From positions 1 through 61,794 of the forward strand of contig JASEHD010000002.1 of assembly GCA_030019075.1 (NCBI GenBank): a stretch of 61,794 nucleotides of DNA. The letters are read 5' to 3'. Position numbers and translations under genes: made by a program. Under the pieces are notes generated by a model, which did not search any database, was not told where the DNA came from, and saw only the letters and a program-made list of their open reading frames with translations. Each line of letters starts with the position of its first letter. Position 1 is the stretch's first letter. The stretch comes from Bacteroidota bacterium. GTDB lineage: Bacteria > Bacteroidota > Ignavibacteria > UBA10030 > SZUA-254. Below are positions 38,045 through 45,894 of this stretch, piece after piece.

Positions 38045-40692
38045 TTAATAATCTCTTTCAATTCTTTTACATGCTTAAACTCAACCCCTTCAAACTCAGC
38101 AAAATGTTTATAACCGCATTTCACTTTTTGCCATTCGGAGGTTCGCAAATCATCATAATGGACTGACGATTTTGTTTCAGCAACAAAGTAAAACCGCTTT
38201 TCTTCTTTCAATACTAGCGCCCAATCAGGTCTATACTTTCCGATTGGCGTATCTATGTAGAATCCACGCGGGAGCTTCATGAAAAACTCTATGTCATCGT
38301 CATCCTCACAATCCTTGGCAAACTTTTTCTCCGGTTCTGACATTGAATCAATCGCGATGTAATTGTAAAGCGTCTTCTCATGTTTTCTTACTTGATAAAG
38401 AGCATCGATATATTGTTCAATCTCATCATCCTCGAACAATCTCATCTCATAATATTCATCCGCGATCTTCTGATATTTTATCCCGTCCACCATCAGCTTT
38501 GCAAGCACAGAATTTATCTCTTTCACAACGGCATCAAGAAATAACTGCGGATTCTTCAAAGCATCTCCCAGACGTCCAGACCCTTTAAGTATCCTATGTA
38601 TCGTTCCTCTCGTTAAATTGGTTTTATCCTGGATGTAGCCAGCAAGATCAGGAATGACAAAGTTAGGCGAATCAATGGCGAATGCTTTAATCTGTTTCGA
38701 CTCGCCTTTAATGCCTTCCTTTACCATCTGCAATTCGGTTTTCTGGAAAATAATTTTCGGTGATGTTATCTCGGCAATCTCTTTGATTCTTCTTACAGCT
38801 TCCTTAACAAGTTCAGCCGTGTCGTACTGAACTTTATAGGTTGTTTTTTGCCTAATTCTTTCCCATAGTTCTTTGAACGCTTCATCCATCTCGTAGCCCT
38901 TCTTCAAACGCACGGCTACTTTGTCTTCTTTCTTCTTTATCCTGCCTTCAAACTTATCGCCCGTCTCACGCTCGATTTCATTTTGCAATTGTTTTGCGAA
39001 ATCTTCATAGCTCTCATTGGCAACAACTGTCAACCGATTGATGTTTTTATCGAAAACCCTATTCCCGTCGCTTGCCACAGATAAGCGTAACCCACGACCG
39101 ATTTCCTGCCGCTTCTTCAACTCCGATTTTGTCTCGTTCAATGTGCAAAGCTGAAAGACATTTGGGTTATCCCATCCTTCACGCAAAGCAGAATGACTGA
39201 AGATAAACCTCAGCGGCTCGTTTACATCCAACAATTGCTCTTTATCTTTCATGATGAGATTGTAAGTATGCTCGTCATCCTCCGATGACCTTCCTTCACG
39301 CGAGTCTTTCAAGATTCCTTTTTTATCTTGTGCAAAATATCCGTTATGAACTTTCTCGACTTCGTACGGTAAGAGTCCCTTGTATTCTGGTTTCTTCGAA
39401 AACACGGTAAACGTTTGTTCAAACCATTCAGCAAATTTACCTTTACCGACAGTACCACTTTCGTATGTGCGATAATTTTTAACTTTGTCGATGAAAAAGA
39501 GTGAGAGTACTTTAATTCCTTTGTCCCTCATTTTTAATTCTTTCTTGAAATGTTCCTCAACCGTCTTGCGAATTTGGACTTTCATGATCTCGTCTTGAAA
39601 ATCTCCTAAAACATTTCCCACAACAAGCTTGATTCCGTTGGTAAAAGATAGCGTCTTCTCTGTTGCATCTATTTCATCTACGATGTAGCCATCTTTGTAC
39701 ATTTCACGATGATTTGAAAGCTCGTGAAGGTTATCTCCAACCTTCACATTTATTGCTTTCCTCTTTACCCCTTCATCTGAGTTACAATCCAGAGAAACCT
39801 TTGCCGTAACTTTCGTCGGAAGCGATTTTATACTTTCAAGCTTGATAAATGCCTGATTATAACTCTGCTCTGTTACAACCGAATCAACCTCGATTTGTTT
39901 TACCAAACCTAAATCGTAAGCTTGCACCGGACCTAATCTGTACACCTGATTGTACAACTCTGTATGAGTAGCAGAGTATCTTAATGTACAGCAAGGGTTT
40001 AAGCTCTGGATTGCCTTCTTGCGGATTGGGGTCTCCATATTCTGCGGCTCATCAACGATGACGATTGGATTTGTATGCTGTATGAATTCAATCGGGCGCT
40101 TGCCTGTTAGCTTATCGTTGTTTTTGTTGATGATATTATCGTCCTTTGCAAACGAGTCGATATTTATTACGAGTGCTTGTATTGTATTGCTTGTTGCAAA
40201 TCCTCTCAGCAGCGAAACGTTCTTTGAGTCGTAAACAAAAAACGATAACGGCACTTTATTGTATAGCATCTGGAAATGCTCGTGCGTAATTTCAAGATTC
40301 TTCAGCACCCCTTCGCGTATAGCAATGCTTGGTACAACAATTATGAACTTCTTGAAGCCGTACTTCTTATTCAGCTCATATATTGTGCGTAGATAAACAT
40401 AAGTTTTCCCAGTGCCCGTTTCCATCTCAACGGAAAAGTTTTTCCCTTCCAACCTCAACGATGGTGTTAGCCCGTTCCGCTCTTGTATTCTTTTTAGATT
40501 TGTCAGCAGGTCATCATCATGGAGTACAATTTTATTACCGACTCCATATTCGGTAAACGTAAGACTTCCTTCCGCTTGAGCGAGCGAGAATTCATAATCA
40601 CCTTTGCTTAACGGCTGGCCTTCAAACAAATCAACAATAGATTGGATTGCCTGAAGCTGGTATTCTTGATTGGAATCGAACTGTAGTTTCAC
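38041..40692 (-). CDS. res: Type III restriction-modification system restriction subunit (Res, SF2 helicase-nuclease)
   Basis: 883 aa with a GTG start. Walker A EMETGTGKTYVY, motif II IVIVDEPQNM and SF2 motif VI QEIGRGLRLSV. It is adjacent to a Type III mod gene. Confidence 0.87.
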   Translation of the reverse strand: MKLQFDSNQEYQLQAIQSIVDLFEGQPLSKGDYEFSLAQAEGSLTFTEYGVGNKIVLHDDDLLTNLKRIQERNGLTPSLRLEGKNFSVEMETGTGKTYVYLRTIYELNKKYGFKKFIIVVPSIAIREGVLKNLEITHEHFQMLYNKVPLSFFVYDSKNVSLLRGFATSNTIQALVINIDSFAKDDNIINKNNDKLTGKRPIEFIQHTNPIVIVDEPQNMETPIRKKAIQSLNPCCTLRYSATHTELYNQVYRLGPVQAYDLGLVKQIEVDSVVTEQSYNQAFIKLESIKSLPTKVTAKVSLDCNSDEGVKRKAINVKVGDNLHELSNHREMYKDGYIVDEIDATEKTLSFTNGIKLVVGNVLGDFQDEIMKVQIRKTVEEHFKKELKMRDKGIKVLSLFFIDKVKNYRTYESGTVGKGKFAEWFEQTFTVFSKKPEYKGLLPYEVEKVHNGYFAQDKKGILKDSREGRSSEDDEHTYNLIMKDKEQLLDVNEPLRFIFSHSALREGWDNPNVFQLCTLNETKSELKKRQEIGRGLRLSVASDGNRVFDKNINRLTVVANESYEDFAKQLQNEIERETGDKFEGRIKKKEDKVAVRLKKGYEMDEAFKELWERIRQKTTYKVQYDTAELVKEAVRRIKEIAEITSPKIIFQKTELQMVKEGIKGESKQIKAFAIDSPNFVIPDLAGYIQDKTNLTRGTIHRILKGSGRLGDALKNPQLFLDAVVKEINSVLAKLMVDGIKYQKIADEYYEMRLFEDDEIEQYIDALYQVRKHEKTLYNYIAIDSMSEPEKKFAKDCEDDDDIEFFMKLPRGFYIDTPIGKYRPDWALVLKEEKRFYFVAETKSSVHYDDLRTSEWQKVKCGYKHFAEFEGVEFKHVKELKEIIK

Positions 40693-41558
40693 GATTTTTC
40701 CTTATTTCCGTTTTTCCTCTTAGACAATTTCTTCACACTCTTGAGCATCTTCTTATCTTCTGAATCTACATGACGTTTCAATTTCTTAACGTCTTCTTCA
40801 GGCGGTAGGGCTTCGGGCTTAATACCTCGATCAAGAAGAACCTTGCGAACACCTACATTGCTCTTGATATGTTCCTTCGTGATTTTCTCTTCGCCTTTTA
40901 AGTCGTCGCGTTTAACATTGAAATTTGTTATCTCAGTAGCAAAATCTTTTGCTTTGATTGTTATTGTCGGAAGAAAATCTGCTAATGCTCTGCTCTGAGG
41001 CACACCAAGCTTATTCTTCATCTCATGAGTAGCGTAGCCACCGAAAAGAGCTTTATCTCCTTTGCTTCTAATACGAGCAAATCCCTGATCGTCCACTCCG
41101 CGTTCAAAGATAATACCTGAGAGTTCCCGCTCCGATTGTGAAAGCTTCTCTCTGGCTTGTAATCGTTCCCAAATACCTATTCGCTTTTCAAGAATTTCCT
41201 GCTTCCTCGTTTGAACGGCAAAGTAACTCATAGCAAATGCAATCTGCTCTTTTCTCGGATCACCATTCTGGGCAATAAGATAGCAGGCATAACGGGTTAG
41301 CATGAGGTCGTCAATTTCTTTGCTTGCACCTTTTGGCATCGGGATCGTCTTTGTTATCTCCAGAAAATGATCGTAAATATCTTGTCCCGCATTTTTACAA
41401 GCTATTCTTGCCTTGTCAATCACTAATGTAAAATTACTCCATTTGGAGTAACCTAGTAGCTCTTGTAATGCTCTTGCATACCAAAACTCGGTATCTTCGT
41501 GCTCTTGACGAGCAGATTCGAAGTCTCTTGTTAATTCGCGTATAATCTCAGTTTTCAT
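40689..41558 (-). CDS. dinD: DNA-damage-inducible protein D (DinD) homologue embedded in the RM operon
   Basis: 289 aa. The sequence LGYSKWSNFTLVIDKARIACKNAG...DHF...LTRYACYLIAQNGDPRKEQIAFAMSYFAVQTRKQE parallels E. coli DinD (LSRYACYLVVQNGDP...YFAIQTRRQE, from memory). Confidence 0.82.
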   Translation of the reverse strand: MKTEIIRELTRDFESARQEHEDTEFWYARALQELLGYSKWSNFTLVIDKARIACKNAGQDIYDHFLEITKTIPMPKGASKEIDDLMLTRYACYLIAQNGDPRKEQIAFAMSYFAVQTRKQEILEKRIGIWERLQAREKLSQSERELSGIIFERGVDDQGFARIRSKGDKALFGGYATHEMKNKLGVPQSRALADFLPTITIKAKDFATEITNFNVKRDDLKGEEKITKEHIKSNVGVRKVLLDRGIKPEALPPEEDVKKLKRHVDSEDKKMLKSVKKLSKRKNGNKEKS

Positions 41559-41590
41559 AATATTAAGTCCTCGCTCTATTTAATCATCCT

Positions 41591-41618
41591 ATCGTTTTAC
41601 CGGCGTCGGTAAAACGAT
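41591..41618. promoter_or_regulatory. 12-bp-stem hairpin in the mod-dinD intergenic region
   Basis: ATCGTTTTACCG-GCGT-CGGTAAAACGAT forms a perfect stem. Confidence 0.5.
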
Positions 41619-41671
41619 CAAAAATATTCCCAATTGATATTTTTTGCTTATTATCCATTTCATTGTATACC

Positions 41672-41693
41672 ATTTTGTTGACGTCAACAAAAT
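41672..41693. promoter_or_regulatory. 22-bp perfect palindrome immediately downstream of the mod stop
   Basis: ATTTTGTTGACGTCAACAAAAT lies 5 nt from the mod stop codon (41699..41701). Confidence 0.5.
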
Positions 41694-41698
41694 GAACA

Positions 41699-43747
41699 TC
41701 ATATCACCTCAAATCCTATTCCAGCATCTCTCATCTGCAACACCGTGTTTGTTTTTATTTGATCGTTGCCGTTAAAAAGCTTGTCGAGACATATAAACTG
41801 TTTCGGTTTGCGTTTTATAATTTCTTCGATCGCTTTTTCATTGATTGTATTTAGCGCAATCATCATCTCACCATCGGCAACGCTGTACATGCAGACATCT
41901 TTTACAGTCAGTGTCTCCAGCTTTGCAGTCAACTCGTAACCAGATTTTAGCAAAATTTCCCACGCCATATTTTCTTCTGTCGACAACGATTTCACAGGGT
42001 CGGCAAATGCTTCCATCTGATTCTTCAAGTCTTCTTCGTTCTCGATCGTATCTGTTCGCCATATTTTAAAGTTAGATGGCTCCAACCGGAATACTTTGAA
42101 ACCCAAATCAATATTCCCGGTAGCCGCAGACTTTATGTCTGCGTTCTCAGTGCTCGCACCCGTAAAGGGTGCGGCTACCGCCCCATGCAACGACAATTCC
42201 TCTTGTTTCCCCTTTTTATCATTTTTATCACCGTCATCAGCGGTATCAGCGGTTCTGATTTTTTTTATCACTCTCCTTATCCTTTCCTTGCATATCTCCG
42301 CAATTGTTTTGTAGCCCGCTTTGTATGCCTCCGATTCTTCACCTGTTTTCTCGGGCAGTTGGACAAGTATAAACTTCCGATTACCGCTGTCTTCTCTGTT
42401 CAACTCCAACACCGCCTGTGCTGTTGTGCCGCTACCAGCGAAGAAATCTAGAATAATATCATCTTCATCAGAACAATTTTTCAAAAAAGATTTTATTAAT
42501 TCTGGTGGTTTAGGATTGTCAAATATATCTTTTACAGAAAAATATTCTTTCAAGACATTCGTACCATCACCTGTTCTTGCCAAATTATATAGAATACTTC
42601 TTATTTTGATTCTCTTATTCAGATTATCTTCAAAATAAATTTTTTCATAAGGAATCCATTGATCATTTTTCTTTTCCCAATAGACCAAGTCATTCTGAAT
42701 CAAAAATTCCATTCTTGGTTTTCCGACTCTCCATCTGCCTTCATTACCGTCTGGTGCAAAGGGATAAAACAATTTTAAATCTGGAGCTTTAATTGCAAAG
42801 TGCATTGTGGGTCTATCTTCTTTTCTTGCACCACTTCCCCATTTTGCTAATTTAATTGCTTTAAATTTCCCTTTCTCATCATTTTTATTGAATTCACTTT
42901 CATCAGCCATGAATATTTCATCTTTCCAAATGAAATTTTCTGATTTTTGAAATACCAAAATAAATTCATGTTCAGTTACAAAATATTCATCTGTCTGACC
43001 TCCGCCTTCTTTTTTTCTCCAGACAAAAATTCCCACAAAATTCTCTTCACCAAAAATCTCATTCATCAACAGACGCAGGTTGTGCACTTCGTTGTCGTCT
43101 ATGGAAACAAATATCACTCCGTCGTCTTTCAGCAGGTTGCGGGCAAGGAACAATCGCGGGTACATCATCGAGAGCCAGTTGGAGTGGTAGCGTCCGCTAT
43201 CTTTGCTGTTCTTACGGAATAATCCCTCCTTTGTTAAATAGCCCTCCTCATCCATCTCGCCAATGCGTTTTAAATACTCTTCCTTCGTCTCGGAGAATTT
43301 ATCGGGATAAATGAAATTGTCGTTACCCGTATTGTACGGCGGGTCGATGTAAATCATTTTAATCTTGTTGTAATAGCTTTTCTGCAACACCTTCAGCACT
43401 TCGAGGTTTTCACCTTCGATGAAGAGATTGTCTGAACCACTGATCTCGCTGATTAAATGATTCCGCTGATTTTTTATCTTATTATCATAACCATCAGGGT
43501 AATCAGCGGTCATCAACGGTTCAGACAGTGGCTTCAAAGTAGCTGTTGTCGGTGTCTGTATAGCTCTGAACGCATCGGACTTGCCCGCCCAGTTGAGGAC
43601 GTACCGCTCGTCAGTAATAGTTAAATCTTCGCCGAGAGTTAGCTTGAGCTTTTCAAAATCGATTTTACCTTCTGAAATGATTTCCGGGAAAAGCGATTTT
43701 AATTTTTCAAGTTGTTCAGATATTATATCTAATGATTTACCGTCCAT
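41699..43747 (-). CDS. mod: Type III restriction-modification system DNA methyltransferase (Mod, N6-adenine/N4-cytosine class)
   Basis: 682 aa. Motif IV is IYIDPPYNTG. The AdoMet motif is DFFAGSGTTAQAV. The layout is typical of Type III Mod. Confidence 0.9.
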   Translation of the reverse strand: MDGKSLDIISEQLEKLKSLFPEIISEGKIDFEKLKLTLGEDLTITDERYVLNWAGKSDAFRAIQTPTTATLKPLSEPLMTADYPDGYDNKIKNQRNHLISEISGSDNLFIEGENLEVLKVLQKSYYNKIKMIYIDPPYNTGNDNFIYPDKFSETKEEYLKRIGEMDEEGYLTKEGLFRKNSKDSGRYHSNWLSMMYPRLFLARNLLKDDGVIFVSIDDNEVHNLRLLMNEIFGEENFVGIFVWRKKEGGGQTDEYFVTEHEFILVFQKSENFIWKDEIFMADESEFNKNDEKGKFKAIKLAKWGSGARKEDRPTMHFAIKAPDLKLFYPFAPDGNEGRWRVGKPRMEFLIQNDLVYWEKKNDQWIPYEKIYFEDNLNKRIKIRSILYNLARTGDGTNVLKEYFSVKDIFDNPKPPELIKSFLKNCSDEDDIILDFFAGSGTTAQAVLELNREDSGNRKFILVQLPEKTGEESEAYKAGYKTIAEICKERIRRVIKKIRTADTADDGDKNDKKGKQEELSLHGAVAAPFTGASTENADIKSAATGNIDLGFKVFRLEPSNFKIWRTDTIENEEDLKNQMEAFADPVKSLSTEENMAWEILLKSGYELTAKLETLTVKDVCMYSVADGEMMIALNTINEKAIEEIIKRKPKQFICLDKLFNGNDQIKTNTVLQMRDAGIGFEVI
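42118..42252. repeat. multi-hairpin plus ATCAGCGG-word segment lying in-frame inside mod
   Basis: The 10-bp inverted repeat CGGTAGCCGC/GCGGCTACCG (42118..42127 and 42171..42180) encloses hairpins GCAGAC-TTTAT-GTCTGC and GCACCC-GTAAA-GGGTGC. This is followed by CATCAGCGG TATCAGCGG (42235..42252). Confidence 0.7.
43447..43520. repeat. second CGCTGATT/AATCAGCG word palindrome in-frame inside mod
   Basis: CGCTGATT (43447..43454) and CCGCTGATT (43463..43471) face CATCAGGGT AATCAGCGGT CATCAACGGT (43492..43520). Confidence 0.65.
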
Positions 43748-43871
43748 AAAAATATTCCATCATTTCAATCAAATAAATGATAATGATCAGAGGTACAAAT
43801 TTATAAAATTTCAATAATATAGCAATTTCTTTTTTATTATCAATCGTTATATTAAATTATAGAAATTACTT

Positions 43872-44777
43872 ATGCGTATCGCAATCATAGGTTCAGGTGG
43901 GGTTGGTGGATACCTTGGTACCAAGCTTTGGAAAGCAGGGAACGAGGTTGTCTTTATTGGACGTGGTGATCATCTCACTGCAATGCAACGTAATGGCTTA
44001 CGACTCGAAAGTCCGGAGGGCAGCTTCACCGTTAAATCGACATTCACTGACAACCTCGATGGCTTTATACCGTTCGATCTAATCGTCATCGGTGTCAAAT
44101 CATTCGATACTGAATCTGCCGCTAAGTTAGCTCGCCCCGTCCTGAAGAGTGATACTATCGTTCTTAGCATTCAAAATGGAGTTGAAAATGAAGAACTCCT
44201 TGCGAATATACTTGGTGAGCAGCATATCATTGGTGGTGTTGCATATATCTTCAGCACTATCGCGGCTCCCGGAGTTATACGGCATGAAGGCGGCACAGGC
44301 AAATTCAAGTTTGGCGAGATGGATGGAACTATAAGCGAGCGCTGTTTAACATTGAACGAAATATTTCATAAAGCCGAAATCAATTCTGAACCTATCGAAA
44401 ATATCCGTCGGTTGTTATGGGATAAGTGGATATTTATATGCGGACTTGCAGGTATGACGGCATACACCAGAAAAATGATCGGAAAAATCATTTCAGATTC
44501 AGAGCTGAAATCGATGCTGAATAATGTTGTTCAGGAAGCAACACTGATCGCACGTGCCAAAAGGATTGATCCATTCGAGGGGATTGAGAAAAAAACAATG
44601 AGCCATTTGGAACGATTACCGTTCCGAAGCACATCATCTATGCACCACGACATTACGCACGGAAAACGGATTGAGCTTGAAGCGCTGAATGGTGCGATTG
44701 TTCGATTCGGAAAGGAATTAAGAATCCCTACTCCCGCAAACAAGATCATTTACAATTCACTCAAGCAATTCACTTAA
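43872..44777 (+). CDS. panE: 2-dehydropantoate 2-reductase
   Basis: 301 aa. N-terminal Rossmann motif MRIAIIGSGGVGGYLG and an ApbA/PanE-type C-terminal domain (SSMHHDITHGKRIELEALNG). Confidence 0.85.
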   Translation: MRIAIIGSGGVGGYLGTKLWKAGNEVVFIGRGDHLTAMQRNGLRLESPEGSFTVKSTFTDNLDGFIPFDLIVIGVKSFDTESAAKLARPVLKSDTIVLSIQNGVENEELLANILGEQHIIGGVAYIFSTIAAPGVIRHEGGTGKFKFGEMDGTISERCLTLNEIFHKAEINSEPIENIRRLLWDKWIFICGLAGMTAYTRKMIGKIISDSELKSMLNNVVQEATLIARAKRIDPFEGIEKKTMSHLERLPFRSTSSMHHDITHGKRIELEALNGAIVRFGKELRIPTPANKIIYNSLKQFT

Positions 44778-45790
44778 TCAACCTCTTGGGCGGCTCTTTG
44801 CTCTTCTCTAACTCTTCTATAATCTTTTATCGCTTTTTGATGTTCGCTATATGAGGATGTAAACCTGTGCCCACCCTCTCCTGTTGCCACGAAAAACAAA
44901 TACTTATGCCGTGCGGGATACAGCGCAGCAATGATGGACGCTTTTCCCGGATTGTTGATTGGACCGGGAGGTAAACCATAATGTTTATATGTGTTATAAA
45001 CAGATTCAACCCGATAATCCGAAAATTTCAATCGGCGTAGTTCACCACCAAGTGCAAATTGTACTGTAGGATCTGCTTGAAGCCGCATCCGCTTATGCAA
45101 TCTATTGTAGTATACTCCTGCAACAATCACTCTCTCCGAATCGATTGCTGTTTCTAATTCAATGATCGATGCCATTGTAATGATATTATTTATCGTCATT
45201 CCTCTTCTCTGAGTTTGTTTTTTCATCGATTCATAAAACATCTCCCAGAACTCTCCAACCATTGTTTTAATTATGTCGGTTTCATCGGTTTGCCAGTAAA
45301 AATTGTACGTCTTGGGCATAAGGTATCCCATTAAATTTCCGGCATCTACACCAAGACTTCGTGAGAAGCCTGAATCTTTGACCAGTTTCATAAAGATAGT
45401 TGAGTCAATCCCTAATTTCTCGGAAAGTATCTTAGCTTGGGTTGTTGCACGTAAACCTTCAGGAATCGTTACAGTTATCATCTCGATTGTTTTGCCATTA
45501 CCGATTATATCGACTATCTCGGAATTGGATAAACCACTACGAAAACGGTACTTCCCTATTTGGATCTGAGTTGTTTTTCCAAGAATTCTTCCAGCAAGCT
45601 CAAAAAATGTCCGATTACGTATAATACCAGCACTTTCTAGTGAGTCAGTTATTTTTTTAAATGTTGAGCCTTTTGAGATGAAAATGAATCTATCGCCTTC
45701 AAATTTATTGGGTGCCCCGAGAATTGCATACAGGATAATTAATCCAAAAACAATAATTATTGAAACAGTTATTAAGAATATTTTCTTCAT
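44774..45790 (-). CDS. mltG: endolytic murein transglycosylase MltG (YceG family)
   Basis: 338 aa with an N-terminal TM helix. YceG core: IASIIELETA, LQADPTVQF and YNTYKHYGLPPGPINNPG. Confidence 0.9.
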   Translation of the reverse strand: MKKIFLITVSIIIVFGLIILYAILGAPNKFEGDRFIFISKGSTFKKITDSLESAGIIRNRTFFELAGRILGKTTQIQIGKYRFRSGLSNSEIVDIIGNGKTIEMITVTIPEGLRATTQAKILSEKLGIDSTIFMKLVKDSGFSRSLGVDAGNLMGYLMPKTYNFYWQTDETDIIKTMVGEFWEMFYESMKKQTQRRGMTINNIITMASIIELETAIDSERVIVAGVYYNRLHKRMRLQADPTVQFALGGELRRLKFSDYRVESVYNTYKHYGLPPGPINNPGKASIIAALYPARHKYLFFVATGEGGHRFTSSYSEHQKAIKDYRRVREEQRAAQEVD

Positions 45791-45894
45791 TCGCGCTTTA
45801 AGTTAGTTGTTCAATCTGCCTGGGCAAATGTAACATTTGCAGATGGGAGATCCCAACCAATGAGAAAAATATATATGCATTAGTTTTATAAATG

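Noticed and set aside
42235-43520. Phase-variable simple sequence repeat in the Type III mod gene
   Set aside because: The repeats are imperfect 8-10-nt words with only two to three copies, some of them inverted. They are not the long perfect tetra/pentanucleotide tracts typical of phasevarion mod genes.
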